Source: Hydrolagus colliei | Taxonomy: Eukaryota | Length of the DNA: 64,000 nt | Assembly (NCBI GenBank): GCA_035084275.1 | Contig: CM068771.1 | Span: forward strand, 992,001 to 1,056,000 | Direction: 5' to 3' | Program-made: the position numbers and the translations under genes | Shown here: positions 1 to 10,400 of the stretch, in pieces | How the letters are laid out: every line of letters starts with the position of its first letter | Position numbering within the stretch: the first letter of the stretch is position 1 | The notes under the pieces: generated by a model | The model's input: the letters and a program-made list of their open reading frames with translations, nothing else | What the model was told of the DNA's origin: nothing | The model's database searches: none

Positions 1-1090
1 ATCCAAATCATTAATATATATTAAAAAGAGGAGTGGCCCCAAAACTGATCCCTGGGAGACGCCACTGCACACTTCCCTCCAGTCTGGAAAACAGCCGCTC
101 ACCACAACTCTCTGCTTTCTGTCTCGCAGCCAGTTGTGTATCCACGCTGCCACTGTCCCTTTAACGCTGTGGGCCTCTATTTTCCCAATAAGCCTCTCAT
201 GTGGCACTTTGTCAAATAACTTTTGAAAGTCCATGTAAACTACATCAACCGCGCTACCCTCATTAGCCCATTCCGTTACCTCATCGAAAAATTCTATCAG
301 ATTTGTAAGGCAAGATTTGCCTTTAACAAATCCATGCTGGCTGTCCTTTATTTCCCTATATCTTTCTAAGTGAAGATCTAACTTGTCCTTGATTATAGAC
401 TCTTGAAGTTTGCCCATTAGCGATGTGAGACTGACTGGCCTGTAGTTCCCAGCTTTGTCCTTCTGCCCTTTTTATACAGGGGAGTAACAATAGCAACCCT
501 CCAGTCCTCTGGCACCACCTCTATGAGTAATGAAGATTGAAAGATTGTGGCCAGAGTCTCTGCTATTTACTCCCGTACTTCCCTTAATAACCTAGGGTGC
601 ATCCCATCCAGACCGGGTGACTTATCTACCTTGAGCGCCGTCAACCTTTTTAGTACTTCCTCTCTGTTTATACTAATCCTATCCATTTCTTCTACCCTCT
701 CCTCCAATACTGTAGCATTGGCTACATCCTTTTTTGTGAAGACAGAGGCAAAGTACTCATTCAGTACATCAGCCATGCCCTTTGCCTCCACAATAAGATT
801 TCCTCCTTGGCCCTTAATTGGCCCCACCCTACCCTTGACCAATCTTTTACTCTTAATATGTTTGTAAAAAACCTTAGGGTTTCCTTTAATGTTACCTGCC
901 AATTGTTTCTCATGCAGTCTTTTTGCCCCTCTAACTTCATTTTTCAGTTCTCTCCTGCACTTCCTATATTCTGCTTGGTTGATCTCCATCTTGGGCCTGA
1001 CACTTGTCCTAAATATCCTTTTTTTGCTTTATTTTAACCCCAATTGCCCTCGTCATCCAGGGAGGTTTGGATGCCCTACATTTTATCTTT
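1..1090 (-). mobile_element. CR1 LINE ORF2 fragment (reverse transcriptase region; continues beyond the window start)
   Basis: ADVLNEYFASVF, LKVDKSPGLDGMHPRLLRE, DFQK-like and PQGSVLGPLLFLIYINDLD motifs across frames. Confidence 0.93.
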
Positions 1091-2355
1091 GTTGGAATGT
1101 GTGTGTTTGTGTGACTGGTGTTGTCTGTGTGTGTGACAGATGTCAGTGTCTCTTTGTGTCTGTGTGTGTGACAGGTGTTGTCTGTGTGTTTTCCTCGTTT
1201 ACCACCCCCAAATTCCTCCCACACCTTGAACTCCGACACTTCCCTGGTAAGATAAGTGATTGCGCTAACCACTGAGGTGCAGGACTCCCAATGGTCTTGG
1301 ATGGTGGCTGTGATACAACAACAACAACAATTTAATTTATATAGCGCCCTCCATGCCGGACGGTGTCTCAGAGTGCTTCACAATAACGGATCCTGGGACT
1401 GAGCCAGGGCAGGGGTAGAAAGGTGACCAAAGGCACGGTCGAAGAGAAAGTTCTTTAGCTGTGACCTGAAGCTGGGAAGAGGGGGAGAGGCAAAGGGAGT
1501 GAGGAAGGGCCTCACTCAGAGCTTTGGGGCGTAGTGGCTGAAGGCATGGCCGCCGAGGGTGGAGCGGAGGATTCGGGGGGACATGAAAGGGGGCCAGACC
1601 AGAGGCGCGAAGGCAGCGCATGCTGGATTGGGGAAAGAGGAGGTCAGAGAGGTGGGGGGGGGGGGTGCAGAGGAGTGTAGGGACTTGAAAATAAGGGTGA
1701 GGATCTTGAAGTCGATTATCTCAGGGACGGGGAGCGAGTGAAGTCTAGCAAGGACTGGGTTAATGGGGGAGCGAAGCTTGGTGCAGGTGGGTATGTGGGC
1801 GGCAGAGTTTTCAATTAGCTGGATTTTGTGGATTGTAGTGGCGGGGAGACCGGCGAGGAGGGCATTGCAATAGATTCTCACAAGGTGTTTGATAAGATGT
1901 CTCACGGGAGCCTGTTGCTGACAATCAAGGCCTATACACTACTAATCATCATGATAATAATCTTTGCATTTAATGCAGTGCCTTATCAGGATACACTAAT
2001 TATCGCTGGGAAAGCAATCCACCAATTGACCAAGCGAATAAGGAAACTTGTCGAGGTTTCGCACTGTCATGCCTGGAAATCTAAAATAAGCTGAGTGCGC
2101 TGGACAGCAAGATACTGTACTTGAAGGACAGGAATCAAGAGAGAATAGTAATCCTTGTATTTGATAGAGCTTCTTATGACATCTTTGAGATGCCTCAAAA
2201 TTCTTCATGGATGATGCTGCACAGTGATTGAACTGTATATTTTGTGTGCGAAAAGTAGCAGCCAATTGTGTACAGCAAATGTCTCACATACAGTCGTGGA
2301 TTGTTTGACCGTATTGATAGTATCAGCAAACAAATTTCAAGATTTGATAATTTTT

Positions 2356-2530
2356 GATTTGATAATCAAATTTTGATTTGATAATCAAATTTTGATTTGA
2401 TAATCAAATTTTGATTTGATAATCAAATTTTGATTTGATAATCAAATTTTGATTTGATAATCAAATTTTGATTTGATAATCAAATTTTGATTTGATAATC
2501 AAATTTTGATTTGATAATCAAATTTTGATT
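2356..2530. repeat. 19-bp minisatellite (GATTTGATAATCAAATTTT) x9
   Basis: Perfect tandem units, each containing the inverted repeat ATTTGAT-A-ATCAAAT; embedded in a SINE body. Confidence 0.97.
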
Positions 2531-3689
2531 ATCCACCAATTGATGAACAACCAGTTTCGTACTAACTACAACGTAAACAGAGGCTTGTGTGGCGTAAATA
2601 AACTTGTCTAAGGTGTTGGCTTCACGAGGCTGGGAATCGAACGCAGGTCCTCTGGTTTTCAAGACAAGTGCTCTAACCAATGAACTACAAGGCTCTTATC
2701 TTTAGTTATAGCACTCAAATATGTTTCTACCCTACAAGTAGGGTAAAGTAGGGAGCATGTGTATCTGGTTGGTGGAAGGTAGTTTGTGATGATACCAAGG
2801 CTGGGAGGCGAGTAAACAGTGAAAAGGATGACAAGAGACTGCAGGCTGGCATAGATTAGAGCAATGGGCAAATCAATGGCAAATGAAGTTTAATGAAGTG
2901 AAACATGAGGTGATTTATTGAACAGCAATATTTCATAAAAAGCTGAAGAGCAAAGAGAGCTGGAAAGGTACATAGGAAACAGGAGGAGGCCGTTGTATAG
3001 GATCATAGCTGATGTAAGAGGGGGAAGAGAAGCTCTATACATGCATCTAGTATCTGAGAGATGCACAGGGCACAGAGTGGGTGTGATCCCAGTACAATCT
3101 GAGTGAGAAACAATGTGTTTTGTTGCCCTTTTTATGGTCCAATTTTGCTGCAACATTAATTGTTTTTATCCGTTTATTTTGATTTGGTGAAATTTACAAA
3201 GAATAAATCATCTGTACAGTATATCACATACACACACACACACACTAGGTGTTACACAGGCTTATCACACATAACACTCGTTTCTTAAACATTATGCACA
3301 AATGTAATCTAAGCAGGCTATCAATACAGTAACTGAAACATTCTCTTTTAATACCAATCTAAAATTTCTCATCTGTACTAAGAAAGACAAAATGTCTGTG
3401 CATCTTAGAGTAAAAACCGCCCCACCATCGGAGGCCGGGCCTTCAGTTTTTCTGCTCCGACCCTATGGAATTCCATCCCCCAATCCCTCCGTCTCGTTTC
3501 TTCCCTTTCCTCTTTCAAGGCCGATTTGAAGACTTTCCTCTTCGACCGTGCCTTTTGTTTTTCGACCTCCACTTCGTGTTTCACCCCTTCCCAAACACTC
3601 CCCTCTCAGCTCGAGTCACACGCCTCCTGTGCAGCGCCTTGGGACGTCCTCCCGACGTGAAAGGCGCTTTATAAGTGTAATTTGTTGTG

Positions 3690-4045
3690 GTTATAAAGTA
3701 TGATAAATATACTATAAAGTGTAATTAATATAAATTGTAATCATGTAATGTAACATGCAATCATGTAATATAAAGTATAATAATCTAATATAATGTATGT
3801 AATCTAATATGAAGTGTTATAACCTAATATAATGTGTACTAATCAAATAGAAAATATAATTTTCTAATATAAAGTGTACTAATCTGAGATAAAGTTTAGT
3901 AATCTAATATAAAGCACAATAATCTAAAATATAGTATAGTAATTGAATATAAAGTATAGTATAGTAACCTAATTATATAAACCTAGTTATATAAAGCGTA
4001 ATAATCTAATATAAAGTGTAATAATCTAATATAAAGCATAATACT
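3690..4045. repeat. AT-rich degenerate minisatellite (ataatctaatataaagtgta-like); related tract at 19190-19360
   Basis: Visible ~20-bp periodicity; present downstream of both MHC copies. Confidence 0.75.
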
Positions 4046-4315
4046 GTACTGAAATCTGCATTCTCTATTGGATCCATTGGTTGTGAGTGTAACTGCAATA
4101 AATATAGAATCAAAGAATCTTACGGCACAAAAGGAGGCCATTCGGCCCATCGAGTCTGTGCCGGCTCTTTGAAAAGAGTAATATACTGTAGATAGTTTGT
4201 TATAAAAGTCACATTATCTTGTTAATATAAAAATCACATTTTCTTGTCAATATAAAAGTCACCAGTGTGACTGTGTTTATGCTGTGCTCTCCCAGACACA
4301 AAGCCAGCGACTGGG

Positions 4316-4321
4316 TTTATT
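4316..4321 (-). terminator. Candidate polyadenylation signal (AATAAA) of the MHC class I gene
   Basis: AATAAA about 85 nt after the exon 7 stop codon. Confidence 0.45.
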
Positions 4322-4406
4322 TCTTACACACGTTACTGATCAGTTACTAACGAAAAAGGTAAACCAGAAGCAATGTGCATTGGTACTTGTTGAGCCTCAC
4401 TGTTAT

Positions 4407-4447
4407 TCACTGACTGGATGGACGGCTGTACAGGAGAGTCTCGGGTT
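4407..4447 (-). CDS. MHC class I exon 7 (probable terminal exon, [13 protein letters not shown]-stop)
   Basis: Acceptor aattacag|, TGA at 4409-4407, AATAAA at 4321-4316 downstream; 25/33 nt identical to exon 6. Confidence 0.6.
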
Positions 4448-7400
4448 CTGTAATTAAACTGTAATCAGTGAATCACAGGCCAATGTGATAATTGTCATTG
4501 GTATTAAACATACAGGAAGAGATCAAGTTATTGAATGACACTGAGCTGATCGTTTGGGTGGCTGACACACACAGTCACTGTGATCAGCCACATGGCTAAC
4601 ACATACAGAAAAAAAAACCATGGCTATGATCAGCCGTCTGATACACACGGAAACCCATAATAATAATAATAATCCTCACATTCATATAGCGCTTTTCGCA
4701 TCTCGAAGCAGTTCACAGAATAAACTGTAAAGTAAATTGACTGTACAGGTGTGAGCACAATGCAGCAGCCAACTGCACACAGCAGTTTCTCACAAACAGT
4801 CATGGATTAAAAATAACCATAAAAATTATAATTTATTATTTTTTTGGAGGGATTATTATTAAGTGTGTGGAGTAAGGAAACTTGCCCAAGGTTTCACCCT
4901 GACCTGCCTGGATTCGAACACCGGTCTCATGCTTGTAAGGCGAGTGCTCTAACCACTGACCATGATCAACCTGGTGACCTCCCCTCTGTTTTTTTTGATA
5001 ACTATTTTGTCCTTAGGTTACCGACCCACTCGCCAATGGAAATAATTTCTCCGTTTTCAACCCATCGAATACCCTTTTATTAAGTCTCCTCTTAAACTTC
5101 TCTGCTCCAAGGGGAATAATTTTAGCTTCTCCAGCCTCACCTGATAACTGCCATTGATCATTCTTGGTACCATCGTAGTGCGGTGCCCAAAACTGAACAC
5201 CACTAGCTGAGGCCTAACCAGTGTTTTATAAAGTTGTTTTTAACACAAACAACTCAAATTTATATGGCGCCTTCCCTGCCAGGTTGAGCCAGGGTGACCG
5301 TAAGTGTGATCGAAGCAAAAGGTCTTCAAGCGTGACCTGAAGATTGGAAAAGGATGCGGTGAGGCAAAGGAGTTGCAGAGTTATAGGGCACAATGGCTGA
5401 AAGCACGGCCGTTGATGTATGATTCGGGGGACGAGGAGGCCGGACCCAGTAGAGTGGAGGCAGTGGGTGCTGCCGTCAGGAGAGAGGACGTTACAGAGGT
5501 TGGGGTGTGCAGAGGAGCGAAGGGATTTAAACACAAGAGTGAGGATCTTGAATTGGATCCACTCTGTGACAGGGAGCCAGTGCAATTTGGCAAGAACTGG
5601 AGTAATCTAGTGTAAAGTTTTGTGTGAGTGAGAATGTGGACGGCAGAGTTTTGTAGGAACTGAATCTTGTAGATGGTGGAGGAGGGGAGACCGGCGAGGA
5701 GGGAGTTAGAGTAATCCAGCCGAGAGGTGACAAAGGGAATGGACCAGGGTTTCAGCAGCTGTTGGGGTGAGGGATTGGCAGGGATGGGCAATGTAGTGGA
5801 CATGGAAGACATGGTGGACAGTGCTGGTGAGTGACCGGACGTGGGGGAGGAAGGATAATTGGGGATCTAACCTGATGCCAAAGTTGCGCACAAGTGTTTT
5901 TTAAGGGCAGGATTTAATGATGAGGGTTATGGATTTCATCAAAGTTACAATAAAATTCTGTTGAGCTAACTTAAAACATGTTTTTTGCGAGCTTTCCGTA
6001 TAAATCAAAGAAGGAGGGAATATACTAACAGGGTCAGCCTAGGTCACAGATTGTAAAATAAATGTTTGATTGACTGAAGCTTCCCAATTTGCTTTAGTTT
6101 CAATAGCAATTGGTAGAATATGTCATTGTGGAAGACCCCATTAGTGAAGTTACACCTAGTTATAGGGACTTGCAATGATCAGGGAGATTGAACAGAGGCC
6201 ACCCAGTGCACTGCAATGGAGAGCGAGCCATATCATGGGTGTACATGTGAGGGTGGTACAGTCAAGCGATCTGAGACGCCGTCCGGCGTGGAGGGCGCTA
6301 TATAAATCCAAGTTGCTGTTGTGGTTGATAGAACCGTCTCACCGTCTAAGCTTCACTCTCATCACTTCCCGATCTCAGGAAGGACATCCCCAGGTAGTGG
6401 GGGATTCCATTCCCCCAATGGCTCTATCGCAGCCCAGTCCCGATCCTCACAGTGGGTTAGTGACTGGCAATCATGAGAGGTTATGTGGCTCTGATCAGCT
6501 CTTACCTGTGGTTCATCATTGGATAATTGGCTGCTTTCTTCATCTGTAACCAGAGAGAGAAAATACCTGTATGTTATTGGTTTGCAGCAGTGGTTCCCAA
6601 CTCTTTTTTGCTGTGACCCAAATTAGCCACCAACAGGTCCTCACAACCCTTAGGGGGCGACATTTCAACTGAAGAGCAGCTCAGCCAAGACGATATCCAT
6701 CTAATAATAATAATAATCCTTGCATTTGATATCGCGCTTTTCACATCTTATCGACGTCTCAAAGCGCTTCACAGAATATACTGTAAAGTGAATTGACTGT
6801 ATATTTGTGGGCGAATCGCGGCAGCCAATTGCGCACAGCAGTGTCCCACAAACAGTTGTGGATTGAAATGACCAATTTTATTATTGTGTTTTTTTTTGAG
6901 GGATTATTATTAGGCGTGTGGAGTAAGGAAACTTGCCCAAGGTTTCGCCCTGACCTGCCTGGATTCGAACACAGGTCTCCCCAGCTTGGTCTCCCCAGCC
7001 TGCAAGACAAGTACTCTCACCACTAAGCCACAGGAGGTCCATCTGTTTTGTGGACTCAGTGCAACTCGCTAGTACGATCTCTGATACAAATTGGTTGGCG
7101 GTGTCGCCTCGGGCACTTTTTAGCATTAAAAAAAGCAACAACAACAATTTCTGATGACCCTTCGCGGCCCGACTGAGGACCTCCGCGATCCTGATTTGGG
7201 TCGGGACCCGCGGTTGGGAACCACTGGTTTACAACCATTTAGGAACATTATAGAGTCAGACAGACAGTCAGTCAGTCAGTCAGTCAGTCAAACAGAAACT
7301 GTTTGTACACTATAGAGTTTCATGAGCATAGAACATTATGCGCACGCGTCCGGTTATAGAGTGTAAACTGACACCGTGTTCAGCCTCACTGTTGTTCACT

Positions 7401-10400
7401 TACTGGATGGACGGCGGTTCTGGAGAGTCCTGAGGCCTATGAATAAACAAGCGTCAGTTGGTGACACACAGTTTTTACAGAGAGAGACCATCATTACCTC
7501 CTCAATCACCTGATTACACACAGAGACAACACACACGCAAAGATAGAAAGACTACAACAAGATGACATCTCTAGAGGGTCTTTCACGTCGGGAGGTCATC
7601 CCAAGGTGCTTGTGGCCAAACCTTTACTACAACAGCAGCAAAATTCATGTACAGAGCGGCTTTCACGTCGGTAGAACGTCAAAAGGGGCTGAACAGTCAG
7701 GTTTGGACCTGAGCAAGGTGGATGGGCAGGGTAGAGGTGAGGGGAGGGAGGCAGAAGGCACAATCAAAAAGGAGGGTCTTGAAACCAGGCTTGAAGGAGG
7801 CAAGGGAGGAAGCGAGGCAAAGTGACTGTGGGATGGAGTTCCAGAGTGTGGGAGCAAAGAGGCTCAAAGTCTGACCACCCTGGAAGGGCGGGTCGGGCGG
7901 GGGATATGAAGCAGACAGGAGCCATCTGAACGGAGGGGTAGAAGGGTTTTTACACACACACACACACACTGAGACAACAGTCAGTTAACACACAGAAAGA
8001 CAACACCCAGTCACACATGCTCATATACAAACAGACCACACCCTTTGACTCACAGGCACAGAGACCAGACACATGCACCCATGCACCAAAACACACATAG
8101 ACACATATCACCCACACATACATACATACACATATACAGACAACATCTGTCACAGGAACACTCACGCAGACTACACAACAGTCTGACAGCAACACAAGGA
8201 CAGTGATGTGGTAATTATCGCTGGTGATAAACAAACGGGATGAGAGTTATTGAGAGTTATCTGAGCTCCCGCCTGCGATGGCCCCATTTCCGCACCTCTT
8301 TGTCTTTTTCGTTTCCAATTGAGAATCACAACTATCCCGGCAACAGGCATTATCAAAGCCCCAATGATCAGGCCCGGGATCCAGGAAGTTCCTTCTGTTT
8401 TCCCATCTGTTCAGAGCAGAAAACAACCAAACTTTCATTAGGACAGCCAAAGAAAACACACACAGAATACTGCACATGCTGGAAATCTGAAACAAAAACA
8501 GTCATTGCTGGCAACACTCAGCAGCTCAGGCAGCATCTATGGAGAAAGGAAAAGTGAGTCAACGTTTCGGGTCCACGACACTTCGTCGGAACTGGGGCAT
8601 GTTGGGAGGGAGAGGCTTGTAAGGATTAACAGAGAGGGAACTCCATCACTTTCCTCGTCTTCTGCAAGCATCTGATCAGCCTGTTATTTAGCAATTTTAC
8701 CTCTTCTTTGATTTGAATTTATTAACACCTCTCCTCTCCAGTTTTATTGCAAATGCCCTTGTTGTGTCACAACATTAACAACTCTTTAACCCACCACCTT
8801 CTACCCTCTACCCTTTCTCCTTTGTCTTCCTTGCTCCAATTCAACAGCAAAATATACAGCGCCTTTCATGTTGGGAGGACATCCCAAAACGCTGAACAGT
8901 CAGGTCGGGAACTGAGCAGGGGTGGAGGGTCGGGTAGGGGAAGGGGAAGGAGAGTGGGAGAGGGGGAAGAGTTAGCGGGGAGCCGAAGGCGAGGTCGAAG
9001 AGGAAGGTCTTGAGACCGGCTTTAAAGGAGGAAAGGGAGGAAGCGAGGGGGAGGGCCTGTGGAATGGAGTTCCACAGTGTGGGGGCAGAGAGGTTGAAAG
9101 CCCAGCCACCGATGCTTGGGCGGTTAGGGCGGTGGACGCGGAGCAGGCCTGAGTCTGCTGAGTGGAGAGTGCGGGCAGGCTGATAGTGAGACAGCAGGTC
9201 AGAGAGATAGGCGGGGGCAAGGTCGTGAATGGCCTTGAACGTGAGGACGAGGATGTTGAATTTGAGATCCTGGTCCTCACATTCAAAGCCCTTTATGGCC
9301 CTGTCCCAACCTACATCCGCGACCTCCTAACTCCCTACCAACCCACCTGCCCCCTCCGCTCAGTGGACTCCTGCTTGCTCCATGTCCCTTAACACATCCT
9401 CCCCACCATTGGCGGGCAATCCTTCAGCCACTCTTCCCCCAACCTCTGGAACTCCATACCAAACTAACTCCACATCTCGCCTCCCAGGACTCTTTTAAGT
9501 CCTGCCTCTTTGACCCTCCTCTTAATCCTTAAAAGCTTCCCAACATGCCCCAATTCTGACGAAGGGTCGTGGACCTGAAACATTGACTCACTTTTCCTTT
9601 CTCCATAGATGCTGCCTAACCCGCTGAGTGTTCCCAGTGACTTCTGTTTTGGTTTCATTATACAGCATTACTCCATTATACTCCTGTGCTACAGGAGTCC
9701 TGCAGCTCAATGGGTAGAGCCATTGCCTCACAAGCAAGAGACCTGGGTTCAATTCCCAGCAGACCGAAAACTTGTGCAAGTTTCCCTACTCCACATCCCT
9801 GAGGAATAATTGCTCATGAAAACAATAATAAATTGGTCATTTCAATCCATGACTGTTTGCGGGACAATGCTGTGCACATTTGGCTTGTGCGAATCACCCA
9901 CAAACATACAATAAATTCACTATATTCAGTATATTCTGTGAAAGCGCTTTCAAAAGATTGAGGATGTGAAAAGCACTATGTAAATGCAAGGATTATTATT
10001 ATTATTATTATGGTCCAGATGGTGAGAGAGCAGAAGAGTCCAAGGAAGAGAGGAGATGAGTCTGGGAGAGGGAAAGGGTTGGAGGATGAAGAGAGAGCGA
10101 AAGGAGAACTGTAGAGTTTTGGAGAATGGGAAGAGAGAGAGATGAGGAGTATAATGGACTGTTCAAGAACAGGATGAGTTAAGGGAGATGGACAGCTGTT
10201 TAGAGAAGACAGAAAGATCTCCCAGAGACAGAGTGACACCTCCTATTATTTCCTGGTTCCCACTATAATGAGTATGTGTATGTAGGTGATTGACACCCAA
10301 ATCTCCTCCTCCAGCTGTGACTCCAGGTGCCCTGATGTCTTGTCAGCTTGTTTGTCAGACATCAAGATCTGGATGAATGTAAACTTCCAGCAGCTGAACA

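Noticed and set aside
2356-2530. Possible CRISPR-like array
   Set aside because: Identical units with no unique spacers, in a vertebrate genome with no cas genes; it is a minisatellite.
8166-8220. Candidate extra cytoplasmic exon after the TM exon (ccag|cgataattaccac..., SDNYHI-like motif; also gtgattgaggag near 7500)
   Set aside because: In the phase set by the TM donor it gives a hydrophobic, Cys-rich frame with a stop before the next donor. The DNYHI frame needs phase 2, and the acceptor or donor is lost in paralogous copies. Treated as conserved intron, but not excluded without RNA data.
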